Shown here piece after piece: positions 44,143-53,688 of a stretch of DNA of 64,000 nt; within the stretch, counting starts at the first letter, position 1, and the number at the start of each line of letters is the position of its first letter. The notes below the pieces were generated by a model. It saw only the letters and a list, made by a program, of their open reading frames with translations. It was not told where the DNA came from and searched no databases. The stretch is from Acidimicrobiia bacterium (GTDB lineage Bacteria > Actinomycetota > Acidimicrobiia > Spongiisociales > UBA5794). The stretch covers positions 209,884 through 273,883 of the forward strand of contig JASJDZ010000001.1 of the NCBI GenBank assembly GCA_030065575.1, written 5' to 3'. The translations under genes and the position numbers were made by a program.

Positions 44143-44345
44143 AATCGGATCCCTTGACTCGTGTGGACCGGGAAACCCACGGCAACAGAGCACTATTCCC
44201 GTCCGTTGCATCGTTCGGTCCCCGTCGAGCTTGCGTCGGACAAAGTCGATCCACCCGACGGAAACCAACTCATCGGGCACTAACTTGCGGAAGACGAACC
44301 TGTCGGCGACGTGCTTCTTTCACATGACGCAACCTGGCGTCGCCT
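44143..44345 (-). pseudogene. remnant of a YdeI/OmpD-associated family paralogue
   Basis: Translates to '*KKHVADRFVFRKLVPDELVSVGWIDFVRRKLDGDRTMQRTG', against 'WKKHVHDRYVSREVVLDELVSVGWIDGVRRKLDEDRTMQLIG' in the intact gene 53689..54267. TGA replaces the conserved Trp, and the C-terminal half is missing. Confidence 0.75.
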
Positions 44346-44543
44346 TACATGTCCGGCGCCGCAGGCATGACTTATTGGCAGGAGAAGGGTGCAACACCAT
44401 TTGGCAGGTCGGAAACAAACATCCTTGAAGCTCGAGAACGCGAAACGCTACGCTCCTCGTGCGGACGGGGGACGATCAAGGCCGACATGGCCACAGATCG
44501 AATCAGGGGCCCTTAGGACGAAAACAAGGAAGGGGAGCGGCAG

Positions 44544-45209
44544 ATGTCATTCTGGGACCGCCTAACTGAAGGCCTGCGCGACGTGGGCACCGCCATTGGA
44601 GAGTGGGCACCGAAGGTATTCGGCGCACTCGTAATCCTGATTGTTGGATGGTGGATTGCTCGAGTTCTGCGCAACATCATCAAGCGCCTATTGGATACCA
44701 AGCCTGTGCAGGGAATACTCGACGCCGCCGGGATCAACTCGGCACTCGCCGGGTCTGGCTACCAGGCGTCGGCCTTAGTGTCATCGATTGCCTACTTCTT
44801 CTTGTGGCTGACGGTGCTGCTGCTGACGTTCCAGGCGTTGCAGGCCGATGCGATCGTTGACCTACTAGAGCGGATGATCGCAGTCACGCCGCTGATCCTC
44901 CTGGCGTTCATCGTTGTCGTGATCGCCGCTGCAGTCGGCACCTTCGTCGCCGGCCTTGTCCAACCGTGGGCCGACACCAATGGAGTGACCTGGCTGCCGT
45001 GGCTGACTCGGGTGGGCTTCATCCTCTTCGGTTTAGTTACCGCACTCGAGATGCTGGAGATCGGATTCTTCGTCAATGCACTGACAACCGCCATCTTCGG
45101 CGGACTCGGCATTGCCTTTGCAATCGCCTTCGGTGTAGGCGGAATCGATACGGCGAAGCAGTGGTGGGCGAAGTACCTGAGCCCGCGCGAGAGTCGCGTC
45201 GACGACTGA
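44544..45209 (+). CDS. membrane protein with conserved TM-helix repeats (CmpX-like)
   Basis: 221 aa. 'VFGALVILIVGWWIARVLRNIIKRLL' and repeated hydrophobic helices. RBS AAGGAAGGGGAG. Confidence 0.6.
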   Translation: MSFWDRLTEGLRDVGTAIGEWAPKVFGALVILIVGWWIARVLRNIIKRLLDTKPVQGILDAAGINSALAGSGYQASALVSSIAYFFLWLTVLLLTFQALQADAIVDLLERMIAVTPLILLAFIVVVIAAAVGTFVAGLVQPWADTNGVTWLPWLTRVGFILFGLVTALEMLEIGFFVNALTTAIFGGLGIAFAIAFGVGGIDTAKQWWAKYLSPRESRVDD

Positions 45210-45399
45210 TTTCAAGTCGCAATCGGAACATCGGGGGCGCCGCTGAGGCGCCCCCGACTTCGTGGAGCCGACTCGGGCGGAACGACCAGTGACAGTATGC
45301 GCTTCACAACGTCGTGGCCGGCGTCGCCGCGGTCGAGCCGGAGACTGACAGGGCTGGAGCGGGCGGTAGTCTTCTGACCGGTCCCAGGGAAGGTTCTGA

Positions 45400-46647
45400 G
45401 TGACGTTGATCGAGGCCGCTCCGGCGATCCTGCTGCTGATCCTCTCCGTGTTCGCGGCGGCAGCATCGTTCAATGCGATTCGGCCGTTTCGGAGCATTGT
45501 GCTGCTGCTCCCCAGCATGCTGTGGTCGTGGTTGGTTCTAGGGCTGTTGGGTCAGCTCCTGATTGCCCAAGTACTGACCGCAGCTGTACTGATCGCCGTC
45601 GGCGCTCTGGACTACCCGGTCGGTTTGGTAGCTCTCTCGATCCTGGCGGTCTCTTGGGTCGGCATGCTCTATTCGATCCTGCGGACGCGAGCGGCAAAGC
45701 GCGTGGTCGATGAGGCGCTTGCCGAGGCCGGGGTGCCGCGCACACCAGCGGTCGTGGCGAGATGGCGGACCTTCCTGGCTCTGCCGATTCGGGGCCGCTC
45801 GGTCGCCAAGATCAAGAATGTGCCTTTCCGACGCGTTGCCGGCCGAACTCTCAAGCTGGACATCTTCCATGGGCGTTCGGTAGACACGAACCGCCCCGTG
45901 TTCGTCTACATCCACGGTGGGGCCTGGGTCATGGGCAGCCGGCGAGAGCAGGGCCTGCCGGTCGTCCATCACCTGGCGCGCAACGGATGGCTCTGCTTCT
46001 CCTTGAGCTACCGGCTGAGCCCGGGTGCCGGCTGGCCGGAGCACCTCGTCGACATCAAGGCTGGTTTGGCGTGGATTCGAGACCACGCGAGCGAATACGG
46101 TGGCGACGCCTCGTTCGTCGTCGTGTCCGGAGGGTCGGCAGGTGGGCACTTAGCTGCCATGGCCGGGCTGACCGCCAACCAGACTCTCTACCAGCCCGGA
46201 TTCGAAGCAGAGGACACCTCGGTCGACGTTGTGGTGCCTATCTACGGGGTCTATGACATGACCAACCGGCTGGGTCGACAGAGCAACCAATTCCTCCCCC
46301 AACTGATCGAACCGCTGGTAGTCAAGGCGTATCTCGAGGATGAACCTGAGAAGTTCTTCGACGCCTCGCCGATCGACCGCATTCACTCAGATGTGCCTCC
46401 CTTCGTCATTCCTCATGGCGATCTCGACACGCTCTCACCGATCGAGGAGGCCCGCGCCTTCGTCGAGAAGCTGCGAGCAACCTCTACTCAGCGGGTCGTG
46501 TACATGGAGTTTCCTGGTGCGCAGCACATCTTTGATCTCGGATACTCATATCAATCCGCGCAAATGATCGAAGGAATCCTCTCGGTCGTGGAGGACGAGT
46601 ACCGGAAGACCCGCGAGCGAGGTGCGGCCGGCAGCGAGCTGAGCTAG
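45400..46647 (+). CDS. membrane-anchored alpha/beta hydrolase (HSL-type esterase/lipase)
   Basis: N-terminal TM helices, 'VFVYIHGGAWVMG' and nucleophile 'SGGSAGGHL'. Confidence 0.8.
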   Translation: MTLIEAAPAILLLILSVFAAAASFNAIRPFRSIVLLLPSMLWSWLVLGLLGQLLIAQVLTAAVLIAVGALDYPVGLVALSILAVSWVGMLYSILRTRAAKRVVDEALAEAGVPRTPAVVARWRTFLALPIRGRSVAKIKNVPFRRVAGRTLKLDIFHGRSVDTNRPVFVYIHGGAWVMGSRREQGLPVVHHLARNGWLCFSLSYRLSPGAGWPEHLVDIKAGLAWIRDHASEYGGDASFVVVSGGSAGGHLAAMAGLTANQTLYQPGFEAEDTSVDVVVPIYGVYDMTNRLGRQSNQFLPQLIEPLVVKAYLEDEPEKFFDASPIDRIHSDVPPFVIPHGDLDTLSPIEEARAFVEKLRATSTQRVVYMEFPGAQHIFDLGYSYQSAQMIEGILSVVEDEYRKTRERGAAGSELS

Positions 46648-46653
46648 CCGGGC

Positions 46654-48045
46654 TCACCCTAGAAACTGCGGAAGAGTCTCGAGGTAGGCAACCATCCACT
46701 CAGCCCCCTTATGGAACAGCTCGACGTCCATCCTCTCGTTGGGAGCGTGGTTGCCGTCATCCGGCAGCCCGAAACCAGGCATGACAACCGGCACACCGAA
46801 CCGCCCCTGGAACAAGCCCACCATTGGCTCAGAGCCACCGCCATGGAGGAGCAGCGGCGTCTCCCCGTGGGAGACTTCATAGGCGAGCGACGCCGCCCCG
46901 ATCCAAGGACTAGCGGGATCCATCGCCGCCGGCGGTGAACCGAATCCCGCCTGCTCGGTAAGCGCAACAGACACAGTGCTCGGTGCGAGGGCCAGGAGGA
47001 ATCGGCGGAGTTTCTCCATTACGTCCTCCACGCTCTGCTGAGGGACGAGCCGCATCGAGATCTTTGCGTGGGCAGTCGAAGGGAGCACGCTCTTCTTGCC
47101 TGCGCCGGTGTAGCCGCCAGTGATTCCGACGATGTCGAGAGTGGGTCGAGACCCCACGCGCTCCGCCAGGGTGTATCCCGACTCACCTGCCAGTTCGGGA
47201 GCGCCGGTCAGAGCAATCCCCAACTCATCCGTGATCGGGGAGGAGTTGATTCTGTCTCGCTCGGCTTGGTCCAGCTCAATGACGTCGTCGTAGAAGCCGG
47301 GGATGAGCACCTTGCGAGTGGTCCCGTCCTGAAGGGCGGCGAGCATTCGAGCGAGGACGTTGATCGGGTTGTCGACAGAACCACCGAACGTGCCGGAATG
47401 GAGATCGGTTTGTGGTCCGGTAACGGTCAACTCCACGAACGCATGACCCCGGACAGAGATCAGGATCACCGGATGGTTGCGATCGAGCATCAGGGAGTCG
47501 GCCGCCACGACTGCATCACACGAGAGGCGTTCGGCTTCGCTCTCGAGCAGATCGCTCAGATGAACGGAGTTGATCTCCTCCTCTCCCTCGATCAGCACCG
47601 TCACATTCACCGGGAGCGGCGTCCCAGTCTGGATGTACGCACTCACTCCGTTCAGCAAGGCCATGAACTGGCCCTTGTCGTCGGACGCACCGCGGCCCCA
47701 GATGAATCCATCCTCGACAACCGGGGCGAAGGGGGGAAGGATCCACTCCTTCTCATTGTCAGCCGGTTGCACGTCGTAATGCCCATACACGAGCAGCACC
47801 GGTCGACCGGGAACCTTGTGCCACGTCGCAGTCACCGCCGGGTACCCCTCGGTCTCGAGAATCGCAGCGGACTCGAATCCAAGATGCTGGAGGTGGGCCA
47901 CCAACCACTCCGCGGCATTCCTGATGTCCTCCCCGTGTGCTCCATCAGTTGAGACGGTTGGGAACCTCATCAACTCGAGCAGCGAAGACTCCGCCCTTGC
48001 CCTCGTCGACGCTAGGTAGGTGAGCGGACCCGGGTCGTCAGCCAT
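46654..48045 (-). CDS. M20 family dipeptidase/metallohydrolase
   Basis: Internal start 'MADDPGPLTYL'. 'LLVYGHYDVQP' and 'IWGRGASDDKGQ' M20 motifs. Confidence 0.85.
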   Translation of the reverse strand: MADDPGPLTYLASTRARAESSLLELMRFPTVSTDGAHGEDIRNAAEWLVAHLQHLGFESAAILETEGYPAVTATWHKVPGRPVLLVYGHYDVQPADNEKEWILPPFAPVVEDGFIWGRGASDDKGQFMALLNGVSAYIQTGTPLPVNVTVLIEGEEEINSVHLSDLLESEAERLSCDAVVAADSLMLDRNHPVILISVRGHAFVELTVTGPQTDLHSGTFGGSVDNPINVLARMLAALQDGTTRKVLIPGFYDDVIELDQAERDRINSSPITDELGIALTGAPELAGESGYTLAERVGSRPTLDIVGITGGYTGAGKKSVLPSTAHAKISMRLVPQQSVEDVMEKLRRFLLALAPSTVSVALTEQAGFGSPPAAMDPASPWIGAASLAYEVSHGETPLLLHGGGSEPMVGLFQGRFGVPVVMPGFGLPDDGNHAPNERMDVELFHKGAEWMVAYLETLPQFLG

Positions 48046-49390
48046 CTGTAAGTACAGCGCTCTCGGCGGCCTTGGCCCGTCGGAAGCGAGAGAGGAAGAA
48101 GACTGCGAGGACGGCAGCAATGGCCGGCGACCAACCCATCAGGAACCGGATCGAAGTGACGGCTGCGTCCGGCTGTGAGGTCAAGTCAGAGTCGTAGCCA
48201 GATGTGGACAACAGCACTCCGAGCAGAAGACCCTGAATCGTGAACGCAAGCTTGACGACCGCACCGTTGATCCCGAAGAAGACACCTTCTCTGCGTTCTC
48301 CTTTGGAATGGCTGTCGATGTCGATAACGTCGGAGAGAGCCACGATGGGGCACATCATGTAGCCGGCGAGACCCGGAGCGATGAGCCACGCACCGATCGC
48401 TCCGCTGGTGAAGCCATCGGCAAAGGCCATGACGACCAGGCCGGGCACCAATAGGAGCGAGGACAACTGCCACGCTCTTTCGACGCCGATCCTCGGAGTG
48501 ACCCTCCTCCAGATGATCAGGAACGGAATGGCCAGGATGAATGTCAGGCCGAGGATGACTGCCTCGGCATCTCCTGCTCCGAGCGTGCCCAGGAAGGTTT
48601 CGGTGTCACCGTCGATCCCGAGCGCGTACTTGCGCCAGAGCGGGAGGGTGGCGGCCAGGATGACGAAGACGTACTCCTTGGCGAGGTTGGCTCCGATGTA
48701 CCAGCGAAAGGAGGTATAGGAGAACACGGCGGTGAAGCCGTCAACGATTCCCGGCGTGCTCTCGTCGGGGTCGATCGGCTTCTCCTTCACCTTGATAACG
48801 GAGACCAGGTAGCCGATGGCGGTGATGGCACCGATGACCAAACCCATCTGCCACCACCCCACGTCCTCGCTGAGGATGGGAGCCAGCACGAAGGCGAGAA
48901 GGAGCGCAATCACAGCGAGGATTTCCCGCAGCGCCGCTATCGAGGAGCGTTCCTCGATCGTCTCGGCGATCTCCGGGAACAGAGCGTTGTTAGCCATCGT
49001 CAGCAGCGTCAGCAGCGTGTCGAAGACAAAGACGCTTACGAGGAACCAGGCCGCGACGAGGAGGGAGTCGCCTTCCGGAGGCGTGAATATCAGGAAGAAG
49101 GACACACCGAGGGGTACTGCTCCCCAGAGGATGTATGGAATCCGTCGCCCGCGGCGCCAACGAGTTCGGTCGGACAGATTCCCCATCAGAGGATCATTAA
49201 CGGCATTCCATATGCCAAAGGCCGCCCAAATCCATCCGACGGTGGCTGCCGATAGACCGACGATCTCCAGATAGAAGTACTGGACCCGGTTGGTGAATGC
49301 CTGCTGGCTGATCGTGTTGGCGAAGTTGCCCCAGGAGTAATTGAAGTTCCTCAGGCGATGCGGCTTCTCCGGCGACGCAACATGACTCAT
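48038..49390 (-). CDS. MFS/GPH-family (glycoside-pentoside-hexuronide-like) transporter
   Basis: Internal start 'MSHVASPEK'. 'NRVQYFYLEIVGLSAATVGWIWAAFGIWNAVNDPLMGNLSDRT' is the GPH signature. About 12 TM helices. Confidence 0.75.
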   Translation of the reverse strand: MSHVASPEKPHRLRNFNYSWGNFANTISQQAFTNRVQYFYLEIVGLSAATVGWIWAAFGIWNAVNDPLMGNLSDRTRWRRGRRIPYILWGAVPLGVSFFLIFTPPEGDSLLVAAWFLVSVFVFDTLLTLLTMANNALFPEIAETIEERSSIAALREILAVIALLLAFVLAPILSEDVGWWQMGLVIGAITAIGYLVSVIKVKEKPIDPDESTPGIVDGFTAVFSYTSFRWYIGANLAKEYVFVILAATLPLWRKYALGIDGDTETFLGTLGAGDAEAVILGLTFILAIPFLIIWRRVTPRIGVERAWQLSSLLLVPGLVVMAFADGFTSGAIGAWLIAPGLAGYMMCPIVALSDVIDIDSHSKGERREGVFFGINGAVVKLAFTIQGLLLGVLLSTSGYDSDLTSQPDAAVTSIRFLMGWSPAIAAVLAVFFLSRFRRAKAAESAVLTDG

Positions 49391-49577
49391 GCAGACCCCT
49401 TCTCCCAGCTTGCCCGGTACCGGGCCGCTCCCGCAGCTCGGGAGGACCGTCATCATGTCGGTGAACGGCAATCTACTTGGCCGTCACCATGCCTGTCATG
49501 CAGGGTTAGCTGGTCGCGAGCTAAGCGTCGCGATGGCGCGGGCCTATCCTCAAGGCCCGGCGGGATGGGGAGCGTAG

Positions 49578-52241
49578 ATGGAGAATGGATTTCTGGTCCT
49601 CCGCCTCGATGATGACCGTCTGACGGTTGAGAACTCGGGAGGCAAGGCAGCGAACCTGAGTCGTCTGGCGGCCAACGGCTTCCCAGTCCCGCAGGGATTC
49701 GTTGTGGGAGTGTCTGCGTACGTCCACCACGTCCGCACCTCGGGCCTTCTGGACCGCATTGCTGAAGCATTGCAGTCAGCGGGCGGTCCTCAGGATGCAG
49801 ATCTCCGAGAGCTGGCAGCGGAGATTGAGCAGTGGTTCCTCGAATCCGAGATCGAGCCGACGCTGCTCGCCGCGATCGCCGACCACTACGCAGCAATGGG
49901 TTCACCACCGCTGGCAGTGAGATCTTCGGCAACGCTCGAGGATCGCAGCGATTACTCCTACGCAGGGCAACAGGAGACCTTTCTCAATGTGCGCGGAGAA
50001 GGGCCGCTCAGGAAGGCCATTCTGAGATGCTGGGCGAGCCTGTTCAGCGAGCGTGCCATTACCTACCGGATTGCGACAGGAGATGTTGGTGCCGAGATCG
50101 GGATTGGTGTGGTCGTCCAGGAGTTGGTCCCAGCTCGTGCGGCCGGTGTCTTGTTCACCGCGGATCCCCGCTCTGGAAACCGAAGGGAGATGGTCGTAGA
50201 GGCGGTTGCCGGTCTTGGCGAAGGGCTCGTCTCGGGGCGATTGGAGCCCGACCGATACCGCATTGACGCCGCCACCGGGTCTGTCCTCGAGTCTCGTCGC
50301 GGGGAGCGGAGCAGTTCGCTTCAACCGGTGCCCACGGGAGGTACCAGGATGGAGGATGAGCGTGGCGTCCTGGTTCTCGACGAACCAGACCTGCGCTATC
50401 TCGCCGAAATGGGGAATCGCGCATCGGAACTGTTCGGTGGACCGCAGGACATAGAGTGGGCTCTCGCCGGGGACCGCCTATGGATTCTGCAGTCGCGCTG
50501 GATCACGTCGCTGTATCCCATACCGGACGGATTCGGCCCCGAGGAGATTCACGTGTTGGTCTCCTACGCCTCCACCCAGGGTTTCACCGATCCGATAACT
50601 CCGCTCGGGCGCGATGTGATTCGAAGCGTCCACGCTGCGTCAGGCCGGGTGTTCGGCTACGAACTCGGCGTCGACGCTCCGGAGACCCTGATTGAGGCTG
50701 GCGAGAGGCTCTGGCTCGATGTGACCGGCCTCTTTCGGAGCCGGCTCGGGAGAAGGGCGCTCCACAGCTTGCTCCGGGTGCTCGAGCCCAGTGCGGAGCG
50801 GTCCCTGCGATCACTGCGGCAGGATCCGAACCTGGCGACCACGGGTGGGATGTCGCTGCGTTTTGCCTGGCGAGTCTTCCCTGTAGCTGCCCCGATGATC
50901 GGGCGCTTGCTGGTGGCGCTCGCCCGTCCTCATCGAGAGGCCGGTCGCTTCCGTGCCGAGGCTGCAATGGAACTGGACCGCGTTCGGGCGACATTCGAGG
51001 GCGAATTGGGGCTGCGCGAGAGCGCTGAGCTGGCCGTGTCTGCGCCGATGGACATCACCGAAGCGATGCTTCCGCGGTTCATCCCTCGCTATTGGGCGGG
51101 TGTGCTGGCTCAGTTGGTCTTCAACTCCCTGGCGCGGTCACTTCCTGATGGGTCTGAGCTAGTCCTGCGTGCCACACGCGGACTCCCCAACAACGTCACG
51201 AGCGAGATGAACCTGAGACTTGCCGAGGTTGCGGACTTGATTGTGGGCGACTCTTCGAGCCTCCCGCTGTTCGCCGAGGAGACCGCTTCGTCGCTTTCGG
51301 CGCGTTTCAAGGACGGTCGTCTTCCTGCGCCCTCGCAAGATGGCATCGAGGTGTTCCTCGAGGAGTACGGCGCACGAGGGGTCGGGGAGATCGACATCGG
51401 CCGCGTTCGCTGGAGGGACGAACCTGAACCCGTGCTGGAAACCCTCAAGGGCTACGTCGCCTGGCAGGAGGACGGGAGTAGCCCGCTCCGGCGCTTCGAG
51501 GACGCGGCAGAGGACGCCGACGGGGCGGTAGACAGGGTCGTCCGAGAACTGCGGGAAACCCGCTTTGGCTTGCCGAAGTCACGGCTTGCATCGTGGGCAG
51601 CCGTGAGGATGAGAGCCCTCATCGGGTTGCGGGAGAGCCCCAAGTTCAACACGGTGCGCGTGAGGGGTCTCGTGAGAGAGGCGGTGCTGAGGAACGGATA
51701 TGACCTGGTGGAGCAGGGAATCCTCGACGAGGCAGAGGATGTCTTCTACCTGGAGGCGGACGAGCTACGGCGGGGCCCACAAGCATCAGATGAATCATGG
51801 AAGGGTCTCGTCTGCGATCGGAAGGCTGCCATACGGCGGGAGGAGAAGAGGCGCCAGCTTCCCCGACTCATGCTCAGTGATGGGAGGGTGTTCTACGAGA
51901 CAGTGGAGTCACCCCTTGATGACGGGAGTGACCTCACCGGAGATCCCGTTTCGCCCGGGGTGGTCGTAGGTAAGGTGCGCGTGATTTCAGATCCGGCCAA
52001 CGAGCGGGTCACCCCGGGTGAGATCCTCGTTTGTCACGCAACGGACCCTGCTTGGACCCCGCTCTTCCTGGCGGCCGGCGGAGTCGTGATGGAAGTAGGT
52101 GGCCTGATGACTCACGGTTCCGTCGTCGCACGAGAGTTCGGGATTCCCGCTGTAGTCGGAGTCCGACACGCCACCTCACTTCTCCACACCGGGCAACAAA
52201 TCCGGTTGGACGGAACAACCGGCCGGATCTCGATCATGTGA
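49578..52241 (+). CDS. PEP-utilising enzyme with rifampicin-phosphotransferase-like architecture
   Basis: N-terminal PPDK/PpsA ATP-grasp ('GGKAANLSRLAANGFPVPQGFVV', 'LAVRSSATLED'). Long middle region. C-terminal swivel His domain 'GGLMTHGSVVAREFGIPAVVG'. 887 aa. Confidence 0.7.
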   Translation: MENGFLVLRLDDDRLTVENSGGKAANLSRLAANGFPVPQGFVVGVSAYVHHVRTSGLLDRIAEALQSAGGPQDADLRELAAEIEQWFLESEIEPTLLAAIADHYAAMGSPPLAVRSSATLEDRSDYSYAGQQETFLNVRGEGPLRKAILRCWASLFSERAITYRIATGDVGAEIGIGVVVQELVPARAAGVLFTADPRSGNRREMVVEAVAGLGEGLVSGRLEPDRYRIDAATGSVLESRRGERSSSLQPVPTGGTRMEDERGVLVLDEPDLRYLAEMGNRASELFGGPQDIEWALAGDRLWILQSRWITSLYPIPDGFGPEEIHVLVSYASTQGFTDPITPLGRDVIRSVHAASGRVFGYELGVDAPETLIEAGERLWLDVTGLFRSRLGRRALHSLLRVLEPSAERSLRSLRQDPNLATTGGMSLRFAWRVFPVAAPMIGRLLVALARPHREAGRFRAEAAMELDRVRATFEGELGLRESAELAVSAPMDITEAMLPRFIPRYWAGVLAQLVFNSLARSLPDGSELVLRATRGLPNNVTSEMNLRLAEVADLIVGDSSSLPLFAEETASSLSARFKDGRLPAPSQDGIEVFLEEYGARGVGEIDIGRVRWRDEPEPVLETLKGYVAWQEDGSSPLRRFEDAAEDADGAVDRVVRELRETRFGLPKSRLASWAAVRMRALIGLRESPKFNTVRVRGLVREAVLRNGYDLVEQGILDEAEDVFYLEADELRRGPQASDESWKGLVCDRKAAIRREEKRRQLPRLMLSDGRVFYETVESPLDDGSDLTGDPVSPGVVVGKVRVISDPANERVTPGEILVCHATDPAWTPLFLAAGGVVMEVGGLMTHGSVVAREFGIPAVVGVRHATSLLHTGQQIRLDGTTGRISIM

Positions 52242-52252
52242 GCTGTCGCCGA

Positions 52253-53002
52253 CTACTGCGAGGTGTCCCGGCCGCCTCCGCCTCCCGACCGACTTGCCGA
52301 GGGCCGCAAGCTGTAGCGGCTCACCTTCCTCCAGAAGCTCCCCATACCGAGCAGCTCTGCGATGTCCTGCTCCCCAGGAAGCGTGCCTTCCGACTTGAAT
52401 TGGAAGTACTGGCGTAACTCCGGGATCATCGCCGTCCAGTAGAGAGCGTTTGCGACAACGGCGAACCCGATCTGCCATGGATCGCCGGTCGTCCACCAGA
52501 TCCACGGGATCATCAGGACTACCCCCGACCATCGAAGCACGAGCACTCTTCCCGCCAGGATCCCAACGACGATGCTCACAACGGTGGTCACCACGACCCC
52601 CAACCAGTCGACGACCAGAAACGCCCCATACACCGTGGACAGTCCCATCCCCCCTTCGAACCGGTGGTAGATCGGGTATATGTGGCCAACGATGGCGGCG
52701 GTCGCGGCAATCAGGTAGTACGGCTCGTCGGGCTGCCATGCCAAGAAGACCAAGGCAACGGCCACAGCCTTGAAGGCGTCCAGCAGCGCGGTCAGGCACC
52801 CTTCGCGGGAGCCCAGTTGCTCGCGCACGGAGTTGGCACTCACCGACTTGCCCTCGAAGTCCGATTCCGAACCGGGGACATCACGATGGAGTTTGCGGTA
52901 ATCGCGACCTGGAGCCCGGATCCGCATGACAATCCGCGCAAAGGAGAGCGACCCCACCAAGTAACCGACTAGTGCAGCCAGAACTGCAGGCCAGACCGTC
53001 AT
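52253..53002 (-). CDS. PlsY-family (glycerol-3-phosphate acyltransferase-like) membrane protein, divergent and C-terminally extended
   Basis: The 'AALVGYLVGSLSFARIV' N-terminus and polytopic profile resemble PlsY. The canonical GSGN motif was not seen, so the call is tentative. Confidence 0.5.
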   Translation of the reverse strand: MTVWPAVLAALVGYLVGSLSFARIVMRIRAPGRDYRKLHRDVPGSESDFEGKSVSANSVREQLGSREGCLTALLDAFKAVAVALVFLAWQPDEPYYLIAATAAIVGHIYPIYHRFEGGMGLSTVYGAFLVVDWLGVVVTTVVSIVVGILAGRVLVLRWSGVVLMIPWIWWTTGDPWQIGFAVVANALYWTAMIPELRQYFQFKSEGTLPGEQDIAELLGMGSFWRKVSRYSLRPSASRSGGGGGRDTSQ

Positions 53003-53056
53003 CGAACTGCCGAGTTGCGCATTGGCCTAGGTTGGCACAAAGCGGACCCCCCTTGC

Positions 53057-53190
53057 GTTTTGGCGGATCTGAGGCCCGCATATGGGCCTGGTGTACGCCG
53101 AAACCGGGAGGTGACGGCGCCACTTGGTTTTGGCGGATCTGAGGCCCGCATATGGGCCTGGTGTACGCCGAAACCGGGAGGTGACGGCGC
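53057..53190. repeat. tandem direct repeat, 2 units with 70-bp period, each carrying two hairpins
   Basis: An identical 64-nt unit 'GTTTTGGCGGATCTGAGGCCCGCATATGGGCCTGGTGTACGCCGAAACCGGGAGGTGACGGCGC' occurs at 53057..53120 and 53127..53190. Hairpins are AGGCCC-GCATAT-GGGCCT and CGCCG-N14-CGGCG. Confidence 0.95.
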
Positions 53191-53224
53191 AACGGCCTGT
53201 CGTCGGCGGACGTAGGATGCGGTC

Positions 53225-53647
53225 ATGGATCTGATACGTCATGTCGTGGTGTTCGATGCTGCAGACGTAGCAACGGAGAGCGCGTTCTGGGCTGAGATGC
53301 TCGGCGGGAGCGTGGTTGACGAAGACCCGCAGTTCCATTGCGTAATTGATAGTCAGGGGAACTGGCTCGTAGGCGTGCAACATGCGCCGGACCACGTTCC
53401 TCCGGATTGGCCCGACGGCGAACCTCAACAGGTTCACATTGACTTCCATGTGACCGATCCGGCGGCAGCGCATCGCCGCGCTATCGACCTCGGCTCTCGA
53501 CTACTCCAGGATGCGACGGACCCGGATGCCGACCACGGCTACCGGGTGTATGCCGATCCTGCTGGTCACCCCTTCTGCCTGGGGTGGGGTCACCCGAATC
53601 ATGAGCAACTCGCCCAGTTCCTCTCCACATACGGCGAGGCCGACTGA
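53225..53647 (+). CDS. VOC/glyoxalase-family protein
   Basis: 140 aa. 'VHIDFHVTD...RAIDLG...YRVYADPAGHPFCL' is VOC-like. Confidence 0.7.
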   Translation: MDLIRHVVVFDAADVATESAFWAEMLGGSVVDEDPQFHCVIDSQGNWLVGVQHAPDHVPPDWPDGEPQQVHIDFHVTDPAAAHRRAIDLGSRLLQDATDPDADHGYRVYADPAGHPFCLGWGHPNHEQLAQFLSTYGEAD

Positions 53648-53688
53648 TCGAAAGGCAGAGCACCGGCGACGCTCCTGCCTTGACGCCG

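Noticed and set aside
53057-53190. Possible guanidine-III (ykkC-III)-like riboswitch, because of 'GUACGCCG...ACCGGGAGG...CGGCGC'.
   Set aside because: The 5' CCGG pseudoknot partner and the conserved ACGR/GGAC elements are absent as far as I can recall the consensus. The flanking genes (PlsY-like, VOC) are not guanidine-related.
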